64,000 nucleotides of DNA from contig CAVTCS010000003.1 of the NCBI GenBank assembly GCA_963733295.1, positions 96,001 to 160,000 on the forward strand, in the 5' to 3' direction. Numbering within the stretch: the first letter of the stretch is position 1; every line of letters starts with the position of its first letter. Below the pieces are notes generated by a model, which saw nothing but the letters and a program-made list of their open reading frames with translations, was not told where the DNA came from and did not search any database. Source of the stretch: Vulcanimicrobiota bacterium. GTDB taxonomy: Bacteria > Vulcanimicrobiota > Vulcanimicrobiia > Vulcanimicrobiales > Vulcanimicrobiaceae. Of the stretch, positions 19,694-27,698 are shown piece by piece. The position numbers were made by a program, and so were the translations under genes.

Positions 19694-20920
19694 GTGCGCG
19701 AACTCTTCGCCGACCGCGACTTCGTCGCATATTTTCTCGCTCGGCAAGGCTCGTCGTTCGCGTACCGCATCGAAAGTGTCGCCATCGGTTGGCAAGTCTT
19801 TGGCTTGCGACAGCAGCCGTTCGATTTAGGGCTGGTCGGGCTGATGCTTTTCATTCCGGAAGTCGTGCTGGCGTTGCCCGCCGGCTTCATCGCCGATCGT
19901 TTCGATCGGCGCATCGTCTCGCTCCTCAGTACGCTGACGGAGCTTGCCGGAATGCTGATCTTTGCGGCGCTCGCCCTGCGCGAAACGCGCTCGCTCGCGG
20001 CGTATCTCGTGGCGACCTTGTTCGTCGGGGGCGCGCACGCGCTGGCGGCGCCGTCCGAGCGCTCCCTTCTCGCGGGAATCGTCCGCTCGTCGCACTTCGT
20101 TCGCGCGCAAGCGACGACGTCGTCGCTCGGTCAATTGATCCAGATCGCCGGTCCCGCGGTCGGCGGCGCGTTGCTCGTCCTCGGTGCTCCCTACGCGTTC
20201 GGCGCGGCCGCGCTCGCCTACGCGGCGTCGGCTTGCGGGTACTTCGTGCTCAGCCCGCGCGGAAGCGCCGGCGGCGAGGAACTGTCGCTCGCGCAATCCG
20301 CGACCGAAGGAGTACGCTTCATTTTTTCGCGTCCGGTCTTGCTCGGCGCGATTTCGCTCGATCTGTTCGCGGTACTGTTCGGCGGCGCGACGGCACTTTT
20401 ACCCGCATACGCCGCGAGCATTCTGCACGTCGGACCTGCCGGACTCGGTATCTTGCGAAGTGCTCCGGCCGTTGGTGCGGCGATCGTCGCCGCGACGATC
20501 GCGCGCTGGCCCCTTCACAAGCGAATCGGTCCGTTGCTCTACCTCACGGTCGCGGGGTTCGGCGTGGCCACGATCGTCTTCGGCGTTTCGAAGAACCTCG
20601 CACTTTCGCTCGTCGCGCTCGCCGCGACCGGCGCGTTCGATATGGTCAGCGTCGTGATCCGCAATGCGCTCGTCCAACTCGAAACACCCGACGCGATGCG
20701 CGGCCGAGTCAGTGCCGTCGAGAACGTCTTCATCGGTGCCTCCAACGAGCTCGGCGCCTTCGAGTCGGGAACGGTCGCGGCGTTCGCCGGTACGGAGGCC
20801 TCGGTCGTCATCGGCGGAATCGGGACGCTCGTCATCATCGGCCTATGGAGCGTGCTCTTTCCACAGCTCCGGCGCTTCGATAAGTTCGGCGAAACCGTGC
20901 CGCCATTGGAAGACGCTTAG
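19694..20920 (+). CDS. MFS transporter (EntS/DHA3-like)
   Basis: GFIADRFDRR, LDLFAVLFGGATALLP, MRGRVSAV, SNELGAFESG. Confidence 0.92.
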   Translation: MRELFADRDFVAYFLARQGSSFAYRIESVAIGWQVFGLRQQPFDLGLVGLMLFIPEVVLALPAGFIADRFDRRIVSLLSTLTELAGMLIFAALALRETRSLAAYLVATLFVGGAHALAAPSERSLLAGIVRSSHFVRAQATTSSLGQLIQIAGPAVGGALLVLGAPYAFGAAALAYAASACGYFVLSPRGSAGGEELSLAQSATEGVRFIFSRPVLLGAISLDLFAVLFGGATALLPAYAASILHVGPAGLGILRSAPAVGAAIVAATIARWPLHKRIGPLLYLTVAGFGVATIVFGVSKNLALSLVALAATGAFDMVSVVIRNALVQLETPDAMRGRVSAVENVFIGASNELGAFESGTVAAFAGTEASVVIGGIGTLVIIGLWSVLFPQLRRFDKFGETVPPLEDA

Positions 20921-21266
20921 GACGTTCCGGTCGCCGCGCGCAAACGCTTCGCCAACCACGACGCCGGACGCGTCGCCGCTTCGGCGGCGGCGTCTACGGC
21001 GTACTCGAAACTTGTTTCCGAGTGACCGACTCCGGGTCGCAATGCTGGCAGCGGAACATCGGCCGCAGGAGCGACCTTCGCGGATCCCGTCCTTCTCGAG
21101 CGCAGCGATAGCGCGGAAGCTCTCGGGAAGTCGCGTCCGAGCCAGCCTGATCGGCGTTCGAGCGCTTAAGATGCAGAACGGCGCTGGCGTCGACGAAGGT
21201 GACATTGTCAGAAAGCGGGAGTTATCGGTTCCTAGGAGCGCTGGCGCTCCCGCGCTTTGGCGCGGA

Positions 21267-21557
21267 TCATCGCGTCATCCGTCCAATGGCTTTTATCAGG
21301 AAGTTCACCGCACAGCCGAGCAAGGCTGCGCCCGTGAAGCCGACAATCGCGAGCCCGACCTCGGCCGTTTGCGGACTCTTGGCGAGCCAGTACACCGCAA
21401 ATCCGCAGAAGCCGATCAACGACAGTCCACCTAACACGATTCGTTCGTTCGTCGTGAATCGCGAGGGCCTCGTCCTGGGCTGGTACAGCGCTGAGAACGC
21501 TGCCAGCGCAAAGCAGAAGCCGAACGCGGTGTAGGACATCTGCAGCAGCGAATCCAC
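21267..21557 (-). CDS. Small hypothetical membrane protein (3 TM)
   Basis: Three hydrophobic stretches in 96 aa. Confidence 0.55.
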   Translation of the reverse strand: MDSLLQMSYTAFGFCFALAAFSALYQPRTRPSRFTTNERIVLGGLSLIGFCGFAVYWLAKSPQTAEVGLAIVGFTGAALLGCAVNFLIKAIGRMTR

Positions 21558-21771
21558 TTAACTTTGTCCCGTCATCTGCAATATGCGATAACTCCCAAAG
21601 GGGCGATCAGATCTCCAACGAGCAGCGCTAAGGCGGCAAGTACCACGGGTCCTGCAACAGCGCAAAGAACCACCAGAATGCCGCATCTTCGGGATACTCG
21701 GCAAAACCGCGCGGGCGGGGGGAGATGCTTAGGACGAGCTTTCGGTCGCAGCGTGCAAGCGCTCGGACCGG

Positions 21772-22095
21772 TCAGTGCAGCCCCAACTCGTGCGCTTTGG
21801 CTTCAGCCATCTCGCGGATCGAGCCGAGACCCTTCTTCTTCGCGCGATTGAGCATCGAGTTGCGCACCTCCCAGAGCGACGCGATCGCACAGAGCGCGAC
21901 AAACTGCGCGCCGTCTCGCAGGTTGTGCCGAGACCAGCCCATGTACGCGACGCCGCCTCCCGTTGCGAGCATGATCGCGGGCATCGACAGCCAGAAACGC
22001 GACGCCCTCGCGTACTGATCGCGCAGCGAGACGATCAGGTTCGCGATCGCGCCCAGACCGATCAGGACCGCGACCGACTCGACGACGACGTCCAC
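21772..22095 (-). CDS. Small hypothetical membrane protein (3 TM)
   Basis: GTG start; three hydrophobic segments; GC-typical codons. Confidence 0.65.
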   Translation of the reverse strand: MDVVVESVAVLIGLGAIANLIVSLRDQYARASRFWLSMPAIMLATGGGVAYMGWSRHNLRDGAQFVALCAIASLWEVRNSMLNRAKKKGLGSIREMAEAKAHELGLH

Positions 22096-22182
22096 GTTCG
22101 GTGCCCCAACTGCAAGCAATGCACGGCGAGCCAGCCCAGCGCTGCGGCCTCGCCGATGGGAAAACCGCGCCGTCGAGAACGC

Positions 22183-23553
22183 CTAGGACGAAGTTCCGGT
22201 CGCCGCACGCAGGCGCTCGGCCAACCACGAGGCGGGACGCTTCGCGGCTTCGGCGGCCGCGTAGCCGGCGTAGCGGCTGTCCTTCGTTAGGCTCATGAGT
22301 TCGATCGCGGCTATGGCGGCGCGCGAGCGGTGGCCGATGGCCTTCCAAATCTCGAAGGCCTCGAGCAGCGCGCGCACCGCAGCGTCGTCGGTTCCTTCGG
22401 CGCGCGCGACGACGCCTTCGGTAAAGATCTCTTCAGCGCGAAGGCGCCGGTCGAGGCTCGCAAGGGTCGTCGGCGAGTATTTCGAGCGGATGCGCTGATA
22501 TCGCTCGAGCATGACCCGGGCCGCTCGAGCTCGTTGCGGAGCGAGCGCCTGAGCCAAGAACAAAAGCGCCCAGCGTCCGTCGCCGTCTATCCGATCCCAA
22601 TCGATGCGCGTCGCCAAGTCCTGGGCCCGCTCGAGCTCCTCGTGAGCGGTGAGCTGCTGGTTTAAGCCCTGCGCGATGAGTACCCGGTCGACGGTCGTAA
22701 TCAGTTGGAAACTCGGCGTTATTGCGACGGTGCTCGCTTCGCGGAAGTCGCGGAAAGCGGAAAGGTGATCGCCGCTCAAGGCGCTGCACCAGCCGAGCGA
22801 TCGAAGGGTGCCGTAGACGAAGCTCGCGAGATAGGAGGTCCGCTGAAGCGAGTTGAGTCTCTCTCGGACGAACTGGACTCCGTCGAGATCGAGATCGCGA
22901 ATGAGGACCGCTAAATTGTACGTAAAGCTGGCATCACTCCAGACATCGGGCACCTTCGAGCGATCGAGTTCGTCGAGGCCTTCGCGGAGAAACTGTGCTT
23001 GGCGCAAGTAGTTCTCGTGGGTACCTTCGAGAGCGCCGAGGATGACCAGAAGCCTGGCGCGAATCGCTTGCAGCGAATAAAGGTGCGACTCGCTCGTTCC
23101 GAGACTCGAGTCGATCTCCAAACCGCGTGCTACCGCGGCGCGCACTTGCCCTTCGTCCCCGCTCGTGAAATGCCAAAAGGCGTCGAAGTATTCGAACTCG
23201 GCGGCAAGTTCTGCGCCGCTCGAATACGCCGAGGCTCGCACGTCATCGAGCGCCTTGCGGCCTTCTTCGCGCCTTCCGGCACGCGCCAGGGCGGCAGCCG
23301 CTATCGTCCGGAGCTCGATGCGGATGCGACCGGGTAGCCGCGCATCGTTGATCGCGCAGAGTTCGTCCACTGCGGCGCCCGGTTGATTCAAACGAAGCAA
23401 CGCGCGACCGCGAAGCGTCGCCGCCTCCGGATCGGTCCGCGCGTGAAGAGCGTTTAGGCAATCGTCGAGGCGAACGGCCCGAAAGGCGTCGACGGCAAAA
23501 CGAAAAGAACTCTCGCGCGGCTGCAGCCGGACGATCCGGTTCGTTCGAATCAC
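22183..23553 (-). CDS. All-helical TPR-like protein
   Basis: Repeated TPR-like helices (LRGRALLRLNQPGAAVDEL; LGWCSALSGDHLSAFRDF; EGVVARAEGTDDAAVRALLEAFEIW); GGGGG RBS-like sequence at the GTG. Confidence 0.75.
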   Translation of the reverse strand: MIRTNRIVRLQPRESSFRFAVDAFRAVRLDDCLNALHARTDPEAATLRGRALLRLNQPGAAVDELCAINDARLPGRIRIELRTIAAAALARAGRREEGRKALDDVRASAYSSGAELAAEFEYFDAFWHFTSGDEGQVRAAVARGLEIDSSLGTSESHLYSLQAIRARLLVILGALEGTHENYLRQAQFLREGLDELDRSKVPDVWSDASFTYNLAVLIRDLDLDGVQFVRERLNSLQRTSYLASFVYGTLRSLGWCSALSGDHLSAFRDFREASTVAITPSFQLITTVDRVLIAQGLNQQLTAHEELERAQDLATRIDWDRIDGDGRWALLFLAQALAPQRARAARVMLERYQRIRSKYSPTTLASLDRRLRAEEIFTEGVVARAEGTDDAAVRALLEAFEIWKAIGHRSRAAIAAIELMSLTKDSRYAGYAAAEAAKRPASWLAERLRAATGTSS

Positions 23554-23665
23554 CCCCTAACGACAGCTTAAATGAAGGTACCCGCACCACCGGCCCTCAC
23601 CTGGAATAGTCGGTCGTGAACCTCAGATTCCCTACAAAGGCGATGGCGAACGCCGTGTTAAGCGG

Positions 23666-23791
23666 TTAGTCGAGCGAGTTAGAAAAGACGGCCGGCGATG
23701 GGCTATAAGCGCCACCCGCGTCGGGGCTGACCACCGCCGAACCGTGCAAGAAGTTCAGCGCTTGAAAAACAATCGCAAGGACTGCGGCCAT
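23666..23791 (-). CDS. Small peptide, 41 aa (not in ORF track)
   Basis: AAAGGA RBS 9 nt before ATG; MAAVLAIVFQALNFLHGSAVVSPDAGGAYSPSPAVFSNSLD. Confidence 0.6.
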   Translation of the reverse strand: MAAVLAIVFQALNFLHGSAVVSPDAGGAYSPSPAVFSNSLD

Positions 23792-23830
23792 GATAGAACG
23801 TCCTTTCGCCGGCGGATTAAGGCCGGTGGG

Positions 23831-23852
23831 CTGGGAAGACTCCCAGTTTTTT
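23831..23852 (+). terminator. Hairpin + T6 tract
   Basis: CTGGGA-AGAC-TCCCAG-TTTTTT. Confidence 0.5.
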
Positions 23853-24127
23853 CCGCGGCCTCTCCGGGATGCATTGTCAAATCACACTTTGTGATGCAGG
23901 CCACACCTTCCTCGCGTGACCTGGCGCACACGGCCTGAGGGCCTGCCTGTGAGCCAGGAAGTGACGGTTTAGAAGCTTACCAACGGCGAGGGCTCGACCG
24001 CCCGGCGGAGGCCGCTTTGCGGATTTTCTCGAACATTCCACAACGCGGCAGAGCCCGGACCGGCGCCCCTCCATCGGACGGGCGTCTATTTACCGCCGAA
24101 AAGCGCGCGTACGAACTCGAGGAGAGC

Positions 24128-24523
24128 ATGAAGCTCCTGATCGTCGATGACGCAAACGTCATTCGCCGACAAATAAAACGGACGATCGAGGGGACCGACG
24201 GTGCCGCCGGCGAGATCGACTATGTCATCGACACCGCTGCCAACGGTCTCGAGGCGATGCAGAAGTTCGACGCGTTCGATCCGGACATCGTCACGATGGA
24301 CATCACGATGCCCGAGATGGACGGCTTGTCGTGCGTGCTTCAGATGATCAAACGGAAGCCCACAACGAAAATCCTCGTGATTTCGGCGCTCGCCGACCGG
24401 CCGACCGCGGTAGAGGCGGTTCGCCTCGGGGCGCGCGGCTTTTTGCTGAAGCCGTTCTCGGCCGAAGCGCTCAACGAAGAACTCGTAGAGCTCCTCAAAG
24501 AGCCGCGGAGGGCGCGCCGGTGA
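24128..24523 (+). CDS. CheY-like single-domain response regulator
   Basis: GGAG RBS; LIVDD, VTMDITMPEMDG, LLKPF. Confidence 0.92.
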   Translation: MKLLIVDDANVIRRQIKRTIEGTDGAAGEIDYVIDTAANGLEAMQKFDAFDPDIVTMDITMPEMDGLSCVLQMIKRKPTTKILVISALADRPTAVEAVRLGARGFLLKPFSAEALNEELVELLKEPRRARR

Positions 24524-24993
24524 CCGAAGAAGACATGAAGATCTTCGTGACGGGGACTTCGCACTATTTCGCGCAAGTCGCCGACTCGACCGCCGAGATC
24601 GCGACGCCTTTCGAAAAAGACCCGCACGACCACGTGATGTTCGATTTTTCAGCCGTCATCGGCATCACCGGTTCGCAGCGTGGCTGCGTCTACTATACGG
24701 CCCCGCGCCCGATGGTCGCCGAGCTCGTGGCACGGCTCGGAGAGCCCGACACCGACGACGACATTCTGGCCGACTACGTCGGCGAGATCGCCAACACGAT
24801 CTCCGGTAACGCGCGCGAACAACTCGGCAGCGGTTTCATGATCTCGGTACCGGTCGTTTTCCGGGGTAAGGCAGATGACGTTCGATTTCCGCGCGACACA
24901 CCGGCTTTCGTCATTCCCGTGCATTGGAAGGGCTATCGCTCGGCGCTGATCATCTGCCTAAAAGATGAGGAGCGTAATATCCGTGTTGCATAG
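24520..24993 (+). CDS. cheX: CheX-family phosphatase
   Basis: SAVIGITGSQRG, DYVGEIANTISGNA (E-x-x-N), ISVPVV. Confidence 0.88.
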   Translation: MTEEDMKIFVTGTSHYFAQVADSTAEIATPFEKDPHDHVMFDFSAVIGITGSQRGCVYYTAPRPMVAELVARLGEPDTDDDILADYVGEIANTISGNAREQLGSGFMISVPVVFRGKADDVRFPRDTPAFVIPVHWKGYRSALIICLKDEERNIRVA

Positions 24994-26311
24994 AGAAGTT
25001 TACGAACGCACCCCGCAGTTCGAAGAGCGCGTCGCGGGCGCGCGCCTGCGCACCTACGAGTGGCAGTTCCTGGCAAACCTCGACGGCCAGGCTACGGTAG
25101 GCGAGATCCTGCGCAGGCTCAAGATCGACGAAGCGACGATCGCGGAGTTCATCGTCGAGCAAGAGCGCAACGGCGCGATCGCCCCGCGTCTCCTCTCGCT
25201 CGAAGAGTTCTTGAATTCGACCGAAGCCGAGATCGTCGACGAGCCGCGCCGCGAACCCGAACCCCCGCCGCGCGCCTCAGGCCCTTCGCAATCGAAGCGC
25301 ACCGCCGCGGAGGAGTTGCGCGCGATCGCGCGGCTCTCGATCGCCGCCGCGATCGGCGAGATTCTCTCGTTGATCAGCAAACGCCGCACCGCGCCGGGCG
25401 CGGTAGCCGCGCCCGCGAAACCCGCGATGGAAACCCCGCCGCCCCCCGCGCCCATGGCCGCAGCCGCAGCGCCCGCGGCGGTCGCATCGCCGCCCGAGCC
25501 GTTGCCCGCCGTCGAGACCGGATTGCGCTACGATCGTGACGACCTCGCAAGCTTTCAAGTGTTCGATTGGACGTTGCCGACTCCGCCGCGCAGCGAAGCC
25601 GCTCCTGAGGTCGAGGCGCCGCCTGCGCCCGCGTCCGAGGCGACTTCGAACGGTGCCGCGGTGCGCGAAGTCGATCCGGACTTCGGCGGCGAGATCGAGG
25701 CCGGCGACGTCGAGTATCTTCAAGCGGTTTCGGAAGAGAACGTCTACTTCGACGACGGCCTGACGATCGCCGATCGGCTGCTACGCGACTACGGACCGAT
25801 CGGTCGCGCCGCGCCCGACCCCGGTCTCGCGCCCCCGGTCGGGCCCGCCGAGCCCACGGAGTGGGCGCCGGAGCCGCAGGCGTACGTGTCCGAGCCGCCG
25901 GCGTACGCACCCGAAACGTCGCCTTACGTTACCGAAGTCCAACCGTACGTTCCCGAGTCGCAGTTCTACTCGGCGGAACCCGTTCAAGCTGCACCCGCCG
26001 AAACTGCGACCGACGCCGAGCATGACGCTCAGCGCGTGACGTTTAGCGTGAACGACCTTGCGGGTTACGTCGAACGCGTCGAACCTGCGCATGAGTTCCA
26101 GCTGTTCCAACCGGAATCGGTCCAAGACGCGCCGTTCGACGCCGATCCCTTTGCAACGAATTCGCCCGATCCGTCGACTCCAGCGCAAGCGGCGCACGAA
26201 GCGCCCCGCGCAGCCGAGCCGCAGGAAGCGAACGACAACGCGAACGCCGATCCGATCGTGTTTTCGCTCTCGGCGCGAAACCCCGACTCGTTCTGGAGCG
26301 GTAAGAAGTAG
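24983..26311 (+). CDS. Hypothetical protein: N-terminal wHTH-like domain + acidic Pro/Ala-rich tail
   Basis: EWQFLANLDGQATVGEILRRL...ERNGAI; start at 24965 or 24983. Confidence 0.75.
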   Translation: MLHREVYERTPQFEERVAGARLRTYEWQFLANLDGQATVGEILRRLKIDEATIAEFIVEQERNGAIAPRLLSLEEFLNSTEAEIVDEPRREPEPPPRASGPSQSKRTAAEELRAIARLSIAAAIGEILSLISKRRTAPGAVAAPAKPAMETPPPPAPMAAAAAPAAVASPPEPLPAVETGLRYDRDDLASFQVFDWTLPTPPRSEAAPEVEAPPAPASEATSNGAAVREVDPDFGGEIEAGDVEYLQAVSEENVYFDDGLTIADRLLRDYGPIGRAAPDPGLAPPVGPAEPTEWAPEPQAYVSEPPAYAPETSPYVTEVQPYVPESQFYSAEPVQAAPAETATDAEHDAQRVTFSVNDLAGYVERVEPAHEFQLFQPESVQDAPFDADPFATNSPDPSTPAQAAHEAPRAAEPQEANDNANADPIVFSLSARNPDSFWSGKK

Positions 26312-26315
26312 GGAT

Positions 26316-27698
26316 TTACACGCTGACGGGCGTGTAGTCTTCGCGAGCGGGAACGTTCTCCTTGGCGAAGATCGTTTCGGCGGCTTTGCTGTCGGGATTC
26401 TCGCAGTTGCCGGCTGCGGTATCGCCGTCGATCGTCGACGATATCTCGAAGAATTCATCGGGCGAACGGCGCCGGTTGCGTTCGACGATGCGCGCGGCGT
26501 AGGTTTCTTGCACCGACTGGTGATCGCAGGCCCGCATGTAGTTGAGCGTGCCCTTGCCGGAATCGTAGTGATAATCTTCGAGCGCTTTGATCAGCGTGGT
26601 GGAGTCGGTCGTCCGGGTGTAGACGATTCGGTCGGCGATGACCTCGCCGGTGATGAATCCGAGATACTGGCGCCAGTTCGGCGGAAACGCCTTGGCTCGC
26701 GCCTTGAGCTTCGCATAGATCTCGGGGGTACGGTAGCCCTTCGCTTCGGGACCCCAAATGTAACCGAAGATCGACCCGACGATCTCGTCGGTTGGCATGC
26801 CGACCACGCATTCATTGCCCGAGAGGATTCCGCCGAAGCGCATGCGTCTGTTGAGTCCGTACTTGACCGCCGTCAGGACGCTGTTGAGCGTGTCGGGACC
26901 GTAGTTGCAAAACACCAGCACGTCGGCGTCGGTCCGGCTGATGCGCTGCATGATCGGATCGTAATCCGTCTCGCCGAGCTTGTGCTTGATTTCGCCAATC
27001 TCGACGCCACCCGGCGCGGCGAGCAGGTGCTGCCGGAAGCGTACGTGGGCGTCGTTACCGAACGCGTAGTCGGCCGTGACGAAGAACCACTTCTTGCCTT
27101 CGCGCAGCAGCGGCGGGGCAACGGCGTTGACGAGCATCGAGTTCGAGCAAGTCGTGCGGAAGCAGCAGCGGTTTGCTTTGGGGCCGGTGATATTCGTGTC
27201 GTGCGTTCCGACGGCAAAGTAGATGACGCCGTGCTCTTGCGCCACCGCTGACACAACGAGACCGACGCCCGACGAAAGGCAACCCATGAGCACGTCGACG
27301 TGCTCTTCCTCGATCAGACGGCGCGCCTCGTACTTTCCGATAATGGGCGCACTCGTGTCGTCGCCGCGCACGATCTCGAACTGAACCTTGCTGCCGTACT
27401 TCCGGTTGGCATCCTCGACGGCTTGTTGCAAACCGGTGTGTTGCGATTCCGATGCGGCGGCGTACACCCCGGTAAAACCGTCGATGTGGCCGATACGCAC
27501 GATCGGAACTCTTCCGCCGGCTGCGATGACGTCGGGGGCCGGCGGCAGCGGTGCCGCGTCCGCGCGCCGCGTTTCGAGCAGCGGAAAACCGAGTTGCGCG
27601 GCCGCCGCGAGCCCCAGCGCGCCGGTGCGGCGCAGAAACTCGGGGCGCGAAACGTCGTTCGGCGTTTCGCGTCGTAGACGCGGCTGTTTGGAGCTCAA
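26316..27698 (-). CDS. LivJ-family periplasmic solute-binding protein
   Basis: Tat-like leader; GCLSSGVG, FVTADYAFG, MRACDHQSVQ; TTG overlaps the upstream TGA. Confidence 0.88.
   Translation of the reverse strand: MSSKQPRLRRETPNDVSRPEFLRRTGALGLAAAAQLGFPLLETRRADAAPLPPAPDVIAAGGRVPIVRIGHIDGFTGVYAAASESQHTGLQQAVEDANRKYGSKVQFEIVRGDDTSAPIIGKYEARRLIEEEHVDVLMGCLSSGVGLVVSAVAQEHGVIYFAVGTHDTNITGPKANRCCFRTTCSNSMLVNAVAPPLLREGKKWFFVTADYAFGNDAHVRFRQHLLAAPGGVEIGEIKHKLGETDYDPIMQRISRTDADVLVFCNYGPDTLNSVLTAVKYGLNRRMRFGGILSGNECVVGMPTDEIVGSIFGYIWGPEAKGYRTPEIYAKLKARAKAFPPNWRQYLGFITGEVIADRIVYTRTTDSTTLIKALEDYHYDSGKGTLNYMRACDHQSVQETYAARIVERNRRRSPDEFFEISSTIDGDTAAGNCENPDSKAAETIFAKENVPAREDYTPVSV

Noticed and set aside
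20921..21266. Unexplained intergenic stretch with a TGACATTGTCA palindrome near 21200
   Set aside because: No convincing ORF, RNA fold or target gene; a short palindrome can arise by chance.
23744..23938. 64-aa + strand ORF
   Set aside because: No RBS and it runs through a terminator-like hairpin; the opposite-strand peptide has better signals.
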